Shown in pieces: positions 24,163 to 36,094 of a stretch of DNA of 44,045 bases. The notes beneath the pieces were generated by a model. That model ran no database searches, had not been told where the DNA came from, and worked only from the letters and a program-made list of their open reading frames with translations. The stretch covers positions 237,622 through 281,666 of the forward strand of contig WELA01003597.1 of the NCBI GenBank assembly GCA_009602735.1. The letters are read 5' to 3'. How positions within the stretch are numbered: the first letter of the stretch is position 1; the number at the start of each line of letters is the position of its first letter. The translations under genes were made by a program, and so were the position numbers. The DNA comes from Mesotaenium endlicherianum (taxonomy: Eukaryota).

Positions 24163-26189
24163 CTGTGATCCTGGCCTGGGCCCCTCCTCTTTGCAGGATC
24201 CCTCCAGAAGCAGCTTCTGGGTGGTCCTGCAAGCAGAGCTCGGGGCAGGGCCGGGCCAATAGGGACTGGACCTGCTTGTTCGATCGCTTGCGCTGGAATG
24301 CGTGGACGATACTGACTCCGTCATTTCCTTGTTGTTGTGGTTGTGGTGGTTGTTACGGTGCTTGGTTTTGGTGCTGGTGTGTGTGGGTGGTATGACAGCA
24401 GTAGGCTTGGAGGAGGAGGAGGAGGAGGAGGAGGAGGAGAGCTCCTCATCGTTCCCCACCCCCTGGGGGCGGGTGGGCTAGTCATGCGCGGCCGGGGAGG
24501 AGGCTAGTCTGAGGGGCAGGGTGATCAGAGGGATCTTCTGGGACTGCTTCTCGTGGTGCCGTTATGTCTCTTCCCGCAGGTCCCGGACCCGCGCATTCAA
24601 GCGAAAGCTCATCTGCCGCGCTACCTGTCCGGGGCGCTCGTGCGCTCGGGCAGGTGGCACCCAAACCCGCCCTTGCGCGGGCGTGGCCCGCCTGTCGGCT
24701 TCGCAGCCGGCCGGCGTGCCTCGCCTCTGCGCAAGGGCTAGGGCTGCTGCCATGTGGCAGGTGGCAGCGCCCCGCCCCTTCTTATTTCCCCCCCGCCACA
24801 CACAATCAGTGTGGCTGTCGCTTATTTTGTACTTTTTGTGTTTTCTTGCCCTTCTGTCTGGCCATTTGCCTGTACCTTGCGTGGGTCCCTATAAATGTGC
24901 AGTTGCGCTTTTCTTGTTCAAATTGTTTTTCGACTGATCTGGGCTTTGATGGGAAGGGCCGCACGTGCAGGAGGCGGCTTTCTCTCACACCCGCCCACTT
25001 GCTGCAGTCAGTGGGGAGCAGGCGCAGCCATGGGAGAGGAGGGGGGGAGGAGAGGAGGAAGAGGGAGGGAGCCCGGGGGGGGCGCAGAAGAGGGCGACGA
25101 GGGTGTGCTTAAAGGGGGGCGGAGGTGTCAGTGGGGGGTGGACGAGGTGGACGAGTGAAAGGGGGGCAGAGGAGGGGGACGAGAGAAAGGCAGGGGCGGT
25201 GGCGGTTAAGATTAAGGTTTTCTGGGTTCAAAAGTTTAGCCGAGAGAGAGTTTGAGCATGGCTTTAGAGGACCAGGAAGGAATTGCGGGGCTGAGGGAGG
25301 GGCGCAGAGTGAAAGGGGGCGTGACCCTGAGTCCTGCCTGACACTTTGCGGATGCTCTCCCTGGAGTTGTGCGATGTTGTTAGGTGTTGGGCTTGCGCAA
25401 GAGGTGGATGTTTGGCCAGTGTGGACCTCCCTCCCTATAACGCCTTCGTGTGCCAGGAGCTGACATGAGGCTGGCAGGGGAGGCAGCAGCAGCAGCACAC
25501 TTGTGTGCCCATTGCGTTGGCAGCCGCACAATCATCTATTGAGGTCTCTAGGCGCTCCCAGTGGCGTGTGAGACCTCTTTCTGGCTGTGATAGGGACTTA
25601 CTTGGCTAGCTTAAGACTCCTCTGGTGGCGCTCTGTCTGCAGGTGGAACGGACTCGGCCACCTTGAACGCAGCGGGCACAAAGACGGCCGTAGATGGATG
25701 CATAGCTGGGGCTTTAGATGGCACCGTGACGTTGAGAAAGTGTAGGATAAGCAGGCATAGAGGCTAGTGCTAGGCTAGTGTGATTGAGGTAGCGCAGGCA
25801 GGCAGTGCATGCGTAGGCAGTGTTAGGATAGGCGTAAGTAGGCAAGGGACCCACATGTAGAAGGCATATTCTTTTATGATCTATGGGGGCACGGCGGCAT
25901 GCAGTGCGCGCGTGGCGGGGCATGCATGAGCGTGGCCGCGCGCGGCAGGCAGGCAGACGGGCAGCGCACGCACGCACGCACTCGCGGCCACGCACCTACA
26001 CGCGGCCACGCAGCTCTCCCTCCCCCATTCATTCAAAAGCTAAGTGGTCTCCCACCCCCTCCCGTGCCCTTGCTCCCTGTTGGCAGTGTGCCTCTGATGC
26101 ATCTTATGGCCTCTCTTGCGTTGGGTGTTGGTTGGATGATCTGTCAGAGTGCGTATCGCACGGGAGCTTTATGGGGTGCGGGCGAGGTT

Positions 26190-26510
26190 TCCTGCTGCTT
26201 CCTTTGCGATTGCGGCTGCAGCACCGGCAGCCGCGGGAGCAGCAGCAGGAGGTTTGCCCCTGGTTTTCCCGGAGTGTGTGGCTGGGGGCGTTTGGGTGGG
26301 GGCGTACTTCTCTGCTGCCTCTGCGCTTGCTGTCGCTGCACCAGCAGCAGCCGCAGGAGCAGCGGAGTGAGTGTGGCCGGGAGTTATCGTGTTAGGGTGG
26401 GGGACGTGCGTCTCTGCTGCTCCTGCGGTTGTTGTTGCTGCAGCAGCAGCCGCTGCAGGAGCAGCAGAGTGTGTTGGGTAGGCGATTTGCTGCTCCTGCA
26501 GCTGCTGAGG
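26190..26510 (+). repeat. Second, shorter copy of the 58-bp hairpin array (about 3 units plus a partial one)
   Basis: 58-bp units at 26310-26367 and 26412-26469, and a degenerate unit at ~26190. Confidence 0.85.
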
Positions 26511-29211
26511 CTGGGCCTGTTTCTTCGATTGCTCGCGCTGGCATGCGTGGACGATACCGGATGCTAACTCCATCATTTCCTTGTTGTTGTGGTTGTTGTG
26601 GTGGTGGTTGCTGTGCTTCGTGCTGGTGCTGGTGTGTGTGGGTGGTATGACAGCAGCAGCGGGCGTGGGAGGAGGAGGAGGAGAGCTCCTCATCGTCCCA
26701 CCCCCTGGGGGCGGGTGGGCTGACTAGTCATACGCGGTCGGGGGGGAGGCTAGTCTGAGGGGCAGGGTGATCAGAGGGATCTTCTGGGACTGCTTCTCGT
26801 GGAGCCGTTATGTCTCTTCTTGCAGGTCCCGGACCCGCGCATTTAAGCGAAAGCTCATCACGCCGCGCCACCTGCCCGGGGCGCACGTGCGCTCCCCCGG
26901 AGCGCACGAACGCCACGGGCAGGTGGCACCCAACCCCGCCCTTGCGCTGGTGTGGCCCGCCTGTCGGCTTCGCAGCCGACCGGCGTGCCTCGCCTCTGCG
27001 CAAGGGCTGGGGCTGCTGCCACGTGGCAGATGGCAGCGCCCCGCCCCTTCTTATTTCCCCCCCGCCACACACAATCAGTGTGGTCGCTTCTTCATCTGTG
27101 TTTGTTTTGTTTGTTCCCTGCCTGTTTGAGCAGTGGCCCCCATGTACTTGCATCAGGCATGCTAAAGGTGCTGACGCATAATTTTTGTTCAAAGTATTTC
27201 TTGCAGACCCAGCAGGTGTCGTCACAGAGGGGAGCCTGTGCAGAAGGCCGCTTCCTCTCACTCTCAGCAGGTGCAGCTATAGGAGAGGTGGGGGGAGGAG
27301 GGAGCAGGAGGGGGGGCAGAAAGAGAAAGGGGAAGGGAAGGAGGAGAAGAGGAGGAGGCAGGGGAGGAAGGGAACAGGAGGGGAGAAAGGGGTGGCGGTT
27401 TAGAGGAGGGGGAAGGAAAGAAGGGATAAGAGGAGGGGGGAAGAGTGAAAGGAAGGCTAGGTGGGATTTAGGGTTGGGGATGGTTCTTTTGGAGGAATTA
27501 GCTGCGGCGGGTTGAGCTGTGATGCAGAGCGTTGGACCTACCCTATTGCTTCCGATCACCGATCTCCCCTGGCTCACAGGCCCATCTACACTCGCCCAAA
27601 AGCGCCCTTACAATCATATAGGTGATATGCTCTCCGCCCTCATCACATCCTGACCCACCCCCATCTGCAAGCCGTCAAATGCGATGCTACCATTAAATGC
27701 TTGGATGAGCTGCATGCGATGCACGAAGGAACCGCCTGCACGACACATCACCCCTCGCACGCTGGCAGTGCCGCCCAGGCGTTCACCAGGGTGTGTTTGG
27801 GTTTGAATCTGAGGTGATGTTGTAAATGGTCTTCATTTGCAAATTCTGCTATCTTAGAATACGATTTCCGCTTTGACTTATTGACATTCAGCAATAATAG
27901 ATAGGTACCGTAATACCAATGTAGTGAAAGCTCAATTTTGCTTCTTCATCCAGTAGTTCTGACGTCGTCAGCAGAACAACTCATTTCTCAAATGATTGGT
28001 CAGTTTGAGGCATCGTTGTATGGCACTGCTCTACAGTATCTTGTACTTGTTGATGAGATTGTGTGTAATCTTTACTTAAAGGAATGCTTCACTATGCACC
28101 CCTAGAAGCACACCTTGTCATCTTTCGCAAAGAGTGATTTGAAAGCATTGATATGTTAATCTGCACCACCATGCTCCTACTAAAGCAAGGGGTGTGACTT
28201 TCTATTTTAACTCATATTTTGAGTTACTTATTCGTGTTATAAAGGCAAGGCAGAATGTGTTGGCATTGGTGTTAGCATAGCGAAACAACGTCGGATGCAC
28301 ATTGGTTTTGGCCACCCATAATTATCGCATAAGCAGCACTAGCTTGTTTATGAAAAGACCATAAATTACAACTATATCATATTATACATGCGCAATCCAC
28401 AATTTTGGAGGTAGAATTACAGCGTCAATGACAAGTACCAATACAAGCTCATCAACTACTATGCGATGCACCAGATGGACCAAGAAGAAGAGTAAAAGAT
28501 AGATTGAAGTCAAAAAACTACCACAGAATGGACTCACAGAGCAGTACCCTCGCGAGTACATTCGCTACAGGCTAGATACTAATAAAAGCAGATCATTATG
28601 CAAACAGTATTCCGCGTCCTCAAGGCCCCTATCGAAGGTAACTCAAGGCGAAAGGCTACAGTAAAGAAGTACAAGATGCCACAGGGCAGCCAGTAGAACG
28701 GCCGGTATAACTTATTAGTATGGAGCAGAAAAAGAAAACCATGGAGTTAAGAGCTGACTATCACAATAAAAAACTAGTCATCTGAATGCCTAACACTGCA
28801 GCCACCAGCCTCGTAGGCGCTCACTCGTGGTGCGGCGCGGCCTGCATCCACTTATCAGTGGCAAGCTAGAGTAAAGGGATACATCTGGAAAGCAAGCAGC
28901 ACAGCACGTGCAAGCGCCACCCCCGTCTGCCCCAGCGCCTGCCTTAGTATTGCAGCAAGGCACGCGCATGCAGCATTTGAGCCTCTGCTGCTGAAGACAT
29001 CCCACCTGCCCTTTAATCAAGAATGACTCCCCCAGAGGCAGGGGTGGATCCATCAGTTACAGCCTAGCAGCCTCCAATGTGAATGGAGGCCTGGGAGTAT
29101 TGCGTTCTCGGAGCAGAGGAGCACTCGCAGCAGGTGTCTAATCTGCAGGCTGGAGTTGGGTGGGTAGCCTTGCAGCCTAATAGGCCCCGATAGTTGCCTC
29201 CCTCCACAAGC

Positions 29212-30248
29212 TCACAGTGTACCAGCCACATGTACCCGGTACCCTGGTACGACAATAAGAGCGGGGCAGGCGGCCCGGAGTCGGAAGCGGATGTTTTTTT
29301 GGGGGTTGTTGGGAGGGGGGGGGGGGGGGNNNNNNNNNNNNNNNNNNNNNNNNNNNNNNNNNNNNNNNNNNNNNNNGGGGGGGGTGCAGACAAAATGAGG
29401 GCAACCAACCCGGAGTCAGAGTAAGAGGGTTACGCTGGAGCAAGCTATGTGACCCGTTCTGCTACAAAGATTGCAAACAAGCCAGCATGCAGCCAAGACA
29501 GGGGCAGCCCGCCTGCCCCTTCCCCCGCGGTGCGTGCTTCATGCACCTTCACATGTGTGTGCAATGGCACAATATATACATCCTGTTCCAAGTAATGACA
29601 GCAGGAAAAGTTCTCGTTCAAAGGTGCACACATTGCCGTCAAGCGTAGTTAACGTCATTGGTGTAATGCAATGATTGTCCTATGTATGTGTGCGTGTGTG
29701 TGCGCACGCGTGTGCAAATGTGCATGTGTGTCTGTCCGCGTCGGGGAGACTTTGACGGCACTGAAGGCCTCCCGGATGAACACGTACATGGAGTGCAAGG
29801 GTATACCAGCAAGAAAGATCTTCCACATGCAAGAAAGCACAGGCTCGAGGGGAAGAGCCATGGCAGCAAACAATGCGAGGGCGTAAGCACTGGCAGACAA
29901 GTGATGGTCATTGTCCATGGTGCTGGCTGGTATAGATCTGCCCTTCAATCACAGGTCGAGAGGGGAGGGAGGGGGTGGGGGGAGGTTGGGGGGNNNNNNN
30001 NNNNNNNNNNNNNNNNNNGGGGGGGGGGGTATCTCAACAAGGGCAAGGGTTGGAGAAGATTCAAGAGGTGGCATGATGGCACGCTTGACATAAGCAGAAA
30101 CTTTCTGAAGTGGAAGCCAACAGTAAGAAGCAACACTGAGAACCTCAGGAAGGCACCTTCCTCGGAGAGCAAGCCAGAACGACGAGCAAAATCGAGCCTC
30201 TTCATGACCCAGCGAAACGTATTTTGGCTCGTCTCTGGCTCTTCGCAT
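29212..30248 (-). CDS. Hypothetical small membrane protein, 108 aa, 5 coding exons
   Basis: Exons 30248-30157, 29889-29751, 29582-29547, 29461-29434, 29243-29212; four GT-AG introns with consistent phases. Product: MRRARDEPKYVSLGHEEARFCSSFWLALRGSAYALALFAAMALPLEPVLSCMWKIFLAGIPLHSMYVFIREAFSAVKDVYIVPLHTHVKQNGSHSLLQRYRVHVAGTL*, with two hydrophobic segments. The start codon and upstream exons are uncertain and I do not recognise the family. Confidence 0.55.
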
Positions 30249-31350
30249 GCCGCCCACGCGACCTACGCAAGGACGCAAGTGCAGGGACACTTATGGCCCT
30301 TCCTGCATCACGTGAGTGTGTTGCAGCACACAAGGAGACATGCAAGGCCCTCTTCCTTTCTGCTCGCCTGCTAGCTTCTTGAAGGGGCTACCTGTAGGGG
30401 GGTCTACCTTCAGTCAGAGGTACGACACAGAGGCGAATCGACCACAAAAGCACAAAAGCAGCTGCTCTTATCCCCCCCCCTCCCCTATGCGCCTTTTCCC
30501 TTTCCCTTTTCCCACCTCTCCTCTGTACATAGTCAGGCGATGGTGCCTTGGGTCTGTAAGCAAAAAGACACCAGAAGAATGTAGAGAGACCTGACAGCCT
30601 GGGCACACCATGAAACTCTGCTGCACGACATACACTGTGATCCCACTAGAGCTGCTTGCTTGCATATTTAGTCAGTTGGTCACGTCGTTATGACTGCAAT
30701 ATAGAGTATGATACTTCTACGAGTGCAACATAATCGTGTAGTACTCAAAAAAAAAAAAAGTAGTTGCCCCTCAAAATATGGAGTGAAAACCGGGGCTCAC
30801 AAGAATCTTAACTGCCGAACTTCTCTATACGACTCCATTACCGAGCTACATTTCTTGTAAATTGCAGTATAGCGAGTACAAAACAGCGTCATCCTTCAAA
30901 CTGCATGTCACAGCCACGTCAAAAACCCATGACACGGACTGGCTTGCACAGGCCTAAGCTGACATGGACGATCATATGAGAAATCGCAGACATGGGTGTT
31001 GAATCTGGCACATGAATGGCCATATTCAGCGACGAAAAAATGGGCTGTGATCATGATAGATGCAGCTGGGCAGTGGGCACATCAGCAAGCATGGGCACAT
31101 CAGCATACACGGCCATGGAAGTAGCGAGAGCCTGGAAGTCATATCAAAAAGCGCAAATATTGGCATGCATGGGTGAAACATGAAAGAAGTTGAAGGTTGG
31201 CTGAGTTGGCTGCACTTGGCTGAGGGTCGGCGTGACCATGTGCGTAATTGTCATCGTTAGTCCACGTAAGTACCTGAACTCAATGGGTACACACGCGGAG
31301 TTCGCTTCCTTCGTCGACGCGATCGACACGCGTGAAAAAAGTGCAACCAT

Positions 31351-32004
31351 TGCTACCTTGTTGTGTGTCGATCAATCGCGATTTGTGATGCACCCAGATG
31401 CACTGCATCGGATGACCTTTCTGACATTTTACGAGTATGCACTGCAACACACTCGTTCGTGCATGGTTGGTTGGACCAGGTTCGACCAGGTTCGACACTT
31501 CAGCTTACTTCAGCTTAAGGTCAACGGATTGCTTACTGTAATTTTCCGTCAGCTTTGACGAGCGCTGACGTCAAGTGACACTTGGTTACACAACCTTTTG
31601 CCAGTTATACTCGTCTATACCAAAATCCATACCCAAAGTGGCATGACATGAGCCCCCTGTACATGGCTAGCTAGCTCTCCGAGGTAACCAGCAAGGGTCA
31701 CATAGATATCTTTACTTTTATCCTCCATACTTCCGAAGAAGACGTCTTTATTATAAGCGCAAAAGAAGCTTACATTCTGGACGCTAGAAAGTACCTCTGT
31801 AGATGTTGTGGATGCCTCAAGTTGCGCTAATGCTTTAAGTTAGTTCATACAACACATTCTTCCGCTATATCAGGTCTTATATAGCTTCTTCCGGGGAGTA
31901 AGAATAGTAAGAGTAAACGGAATTACATTCAGGTAAAAGCGGTTCTCGATCGGAGGATTTTTTGGTACTATCTAAGTTTCACTTGTAGTATTTACTGCGT
32001 CTTC
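31351..32004. promoter_or_regulatory. Lower-GC region upstream of MGL, probably shared with the divergent hypothetical gene
   Basis: Contains a palindromic TGACGTCA (bZIP C-box/CRE) at 31566-31573 and TATA-like stretches near 31750 and 31878. Function is unproven. Confidence 0.35.
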
Positions 32005-35000
32005 ATGGAGCCTGCTCAGCAGCCTGTCTGTAAAAGCGTCTCTGTAGGTTCGCGAGATGAGGCTGTTGGCATAGACTCCACCATACATCCTTCCAAGAAA
32101 AGTCGCACAAACAAATCGTTTCATCACAGTGCTAGTGAAGACAGCGAAGTTGTTCTTCCTGATCAAGGAGCGGACTCGCACCGTAGAAACCCCTTTAACT
32201 CTAAGCCCGAGAGAGTCTCACCCGTTCCCGCAAAGGGGAGTCGGGCAATACATGGCATATTTGATCCTGAGCAGTCCTTGGCCAACAGTCGCCATGAATT
32301 TGGCGAGCATGGCGGTGTCAACATGTCTGTCGAGCACTCTTCAACATTTACTGTCATGGAGCCTGAGACCATGTCGAAAATATTTCAAGGCCAGCTTGGT
32401 CCTGATAAGGACTTCTATCTCTACAGCAGACACTTCAACCCCACTGTGACAGCACTCAGCCGCCAGTTGGCAGCCCTGGAAGGAACAGAGTCGGCCTACT
32501 GCACAGGTGCACCCTGCCACTTAGGTTGATAAATGTTGGCATCCAGTCTGTAGTGAAAGATGTATAATTCTTGTTATTTACTGGTGAATTGGTTTAAAAA
32601 GAATAAAAGATTCCAGACACTTGCAGAATCTTCTGTGCTTGAAAATCTTGCATGCTTCTTGCGGTTCAATCTGTGCATTTAGCCTGTAGGGTATCTGGCG
32701 CCTCGAGCATTCATGCTTATTATCTCTGAACTGATATTTTATCCATAGAGAAGGGGGCGGCATGTGGGCTTATTGTCCGAGACTAAGCATATGCAGCAGA
32801 AAACATAGTACATCTTCCTTGGTGCTTATCCTGCTCCTGTCTCGCATTTTCAAGCCATCACTCAAATTTTGTTGAGGCTGATGATGCACGGCAGAATGTG
32901 TATGCCCCCCAACCTCTGCAACCAATTGGTAACCTTCGTGTTGTTGCCTCTCGCGGGGGACATGCTGTGAGCAGCAAGTGGAATGGCAGCCATTTCCTCG
33001 GCCCTGCTGCAGCTCTGCAATGCGGGAGACCACATCGTCGCTTCCAACAGGTCAGCCCCAGAATGCGTACTAGCCATGTCCCATGTGGCACATCCCTGGT
33101 CTTCTTATTGGTTCTTGGACAAGGATGACCACTATCGAGGATGATTCCTCATGGTTTCAGCATCTTGGGGATGGCAATAGCTTTCTCCTGGGCAGTATTT
33201 CCTGCTTGTTCAGGTAAGTCAAATATGAATACATATTTGGGATAGATGGCTGAGTGGCCAAAGTCGACTAGGCTGCTAGTCTGTCAGTTGTGCGGTGCGA
33301 ATACAGCATCTGACGGATGTAGCATTTCTTTTGACCTTCTTTTTTCGGGGTCAAACATGATGCCACCACGGCACAGCCTCACTAACCTTCTGGCATTTGC
33401 TTCCTTGCCGTTGTACTGCACTCATCTGAAAATGCACCCGCACCCGCACCCGCACCCGCACCCGCACCCGCACCCGCGCATGCGCACGACCAGCCTGTAC
33501 GGCGGCACGTACGCGCTGCTCTCCGAGTTCCTGCCGCGCGTGGCCGGCATCACGGCCACGCTGCTGGACATCACGGACCTGGCGGCGGTGGAGGCGGCGC
33601 TGCAGAAGCCCCGCACACGCGCGCTCTTCTTCGAGTGCGTGGCCAACCCCACCCTGGTGGTGGCCGACATTCCCGCGCTAAGCGCGCTCGCCAGGAAGCA
33701 CTGCGCGGCTGTGGTGGTGGACAACACGTTCTCGCCCGTGCTCATCTCGCCCGTGTGCCACGGCGCCGACATCGTGGTGCACAGCATCACCAAGTTCATC
33801 AGCGGTGAGCAGTCCGCTAAGCTACACGCCTTTTCGCTTCTTCTCAGGGCTCTTTTTGGAGCCAGGGACTTGTCGAGCATTGGCGCCTGGCGCTTGTCAG
33901 AATGAGTTTAAAAATCGACTTCGCGTAAATTTCATTTGCATTTTATCTTGCATGTATGCTATGCGCATATGCGCGGCACTGCTGGCATTATGGCAGGGTG
34001 TTGTTTCCTCGGCGGTGGGTACTCCAGGAAAATGAGGTTAGTTCGTTGCTGGGTGGAGGCTTTTGTTTATATATGATATATAAGTGGCTGTGGCTGGAGG
34101 TGGGTGCTGAGACGTGCTTGGTGTGCATGTGTATGCGTGCCACGTGGCAGGCAACTCGGACATGATCGCGGGGTGCGTGTGCGCATCGGAGGCGTTTGTG
34201 AACAGCATGATGGACCTGCACCAGGGCACGCTCATGCTGCTGGTGAGTCAGCCCGCCCGCCCACCTGCCGCCACCTGGCACATACCCATCCGAAGGCGGG
34301 GGTTGGGTGTTGCTCAACCTTCTGTATCCTCTCTTCTGAATGTCGCGATCGACTGACTGCATGCGTTTCCGAGTCGGGACTGATTGCTCCTCAGTGGCTG
34401 ACAATCGCAGTGATACCCCTCGTGGCTCTTGCATGCTTCTCTGCACTCTCTGTTCTCCACAAGTGATCGAGGAAAACGGCATGCTTTTCTGTCAGCTATA
34501 CGTGCAGCGACAATCTGACCTGGACACCAGGCAGCATGCTGATATGCGTGAGGGTGGCTTTATTGGCCAGAACACCCCCCCCCCAAAAACACACACATAC
34601 ACTACCATACAACACTCCCCCGTGCCGGTGCCCCTACCCGAGTGATGAGGCGGATCCCTTGGCCACGTCAGGTGGACCTTGGCTTCTTGTGAATTCTCTT
34701 GTGTTATGCTTTACTCCTGTGCCCTTTAATCCTCACATTCTTTCTTGGGGGGGGGGGGGGGNNNNNNNNNNNNNNNNNNNNNNNNNNNNNNNNNNNNNNN
34801 NNNNNNNNNNNNNNNNNNNNNNNNNNNNNNNNNNNNNNNNNNNNNNNNNNNNNNNNNNGGGGGGGGGGGGGGGGATGACGAAGGGCGCCACCATGAACCC
34901 GCACGTGGCGTTCCAGATAGCGGGCAGGCTGCCGCACCTGGGGCTGCGCATGCGTGAGCACTCGCGCCGCGCCCTCGTGTACGCGCAGCGCCTGCAGGCC

Positions 35001-36094
35001 CTGGGCCTGCGGGTGGTGTACCCGGGGCTGCCCTCGCACCCGCAGCACCGCGTGCTGGCGCGCCTCGTCAACCCCGGGTATGGCTTCGGCGGCATCCTGG
35101 GGCTGGATGTGGGCACGCTGCAGGGCGCCAACGACCTCATGCGCTACCTCCAGAATTGCTCCCAGTTCGGCTTCATGGTGCGCGCTTCGCCTCCCGCCTC
35201 AGCCTCCCCCTCTGGCTCCAGCACCGGCTCCGGCTCTGGTTCCGGCTCCCAGCCGAGCTCCGCTCGCTCCTCACGGGGCTCCTCTTCTATACTCATGCAG
35301 CAATAACTTCTGTTTCTGCCCCGGCCCTCTCCCTCCCCCAACGCCCCCCCCACTGGCCATCCCGCTCTCCCTTCCCCCCGCTGTCCCTTGCCCTCCATGC
35401 TCTCCTCTCCCTCCCTCTTCCTCGTGTTTGTACATTTGAGGAGAGGGCTGTATGCTTTGATAGTGGCTTGGTGGAGGAGCAAGGTGGTGTACCTTTCCTG
35501 ACTCTCTTCCTGCCTGGGTGTCTTTTAATTTCTGTGTTCTTCTTGTGAGCACGGATAGACGGGTAGAGTGATGCACTGTGAGACTTCTGTATACTGTCGT
35601 GGAGCTGGGGTTGCACATGCACGCGACATGTGTGGGCCAGGGCCACTTTGTCTTTCACTGCGACCTGCTACCATCCACGCTTCTCTTTCATACGGCCTTT
35701 TCAATTGTACAATGAGAAAATGAGGAGATTAATGGCCTCATCGTGGGGGGACATTATATCGCCAGCAGACATGATCTAAGAAACTCTTTGTGTGCATCTG
35801 CGTGCGTGTGCGTGCGCGTGCGCGCTTTATTTTGGGGGGGGGGGGGGTTGGGGGAACAAATTGCAGGCAGTTAGCCTGGGCTTCAGCGAGACGCTGATGT
35901 CGTGCAGCGGCGCCAGCACCTCCAGCGAAATGGGCCCCGAGGAGCAGCAGAAGGCCGGCATCTCCGCGGGCTACGTGCGCATCTCGCTCGGCTACTCGGG
36001 CCAGCTGGAGCAGCGCTGGGCGCAGCTGTACGACGCCCTCGTCTCCCTCAACCTCATTCCTGCCCCTTCGGGCGTCGCTGGCGTGAAGGCGTGA
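32005..36094 (+). CDS. MGL: Methionine gamma-lyase (PLP-dependent Cys/Met metabolism family), 6 exons, 500 aa
   Basis: Exons 32005-32506, 32975-33050, 33494-33804, 34151-34242, 34884-35177, 35867-36094 total 1503 nt in frame. Plant MGL motifs: RHEFGEHGGVNMS, YSRHFNPTV, ASGMAAISS, LYGGT, VVDNTF, PLP lysine in HSITKFISG, HLGLRMREHS, FGFMAVSLG, ETLMSCSG. Confidence 0.96.
33434..33476 (+). repeat. (GCACCC)7 hexamer repeat just upstream of the MGL exon 3 acceptor
   Basis: Read directly from the sequence. Confidence 0.9.

Larger units (their letters stand above)
22340..27520 (+). repeat. Direct tandem duplication: copy A ~22340-25300, copy B ~25480-27520
   Basis: 40-bp identity 22645-22684 = 25751-25790; long near-identical block ~24500-24810 vs ~26745-27080; 23306-23363 identical to 26412-26469. 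Copy B has fewer internal hairpin units. Confidence 0.9.

Noticed and set aside
30157..30262. Alternative frame VAWAACEEPETSQNTFRWVMKRLDFARRSGLLSEE for the hypothetical gene
   Set aside because: Splicing in this frame hits a stop two exons later and gives a less protein-like sequence; not fully excluded.
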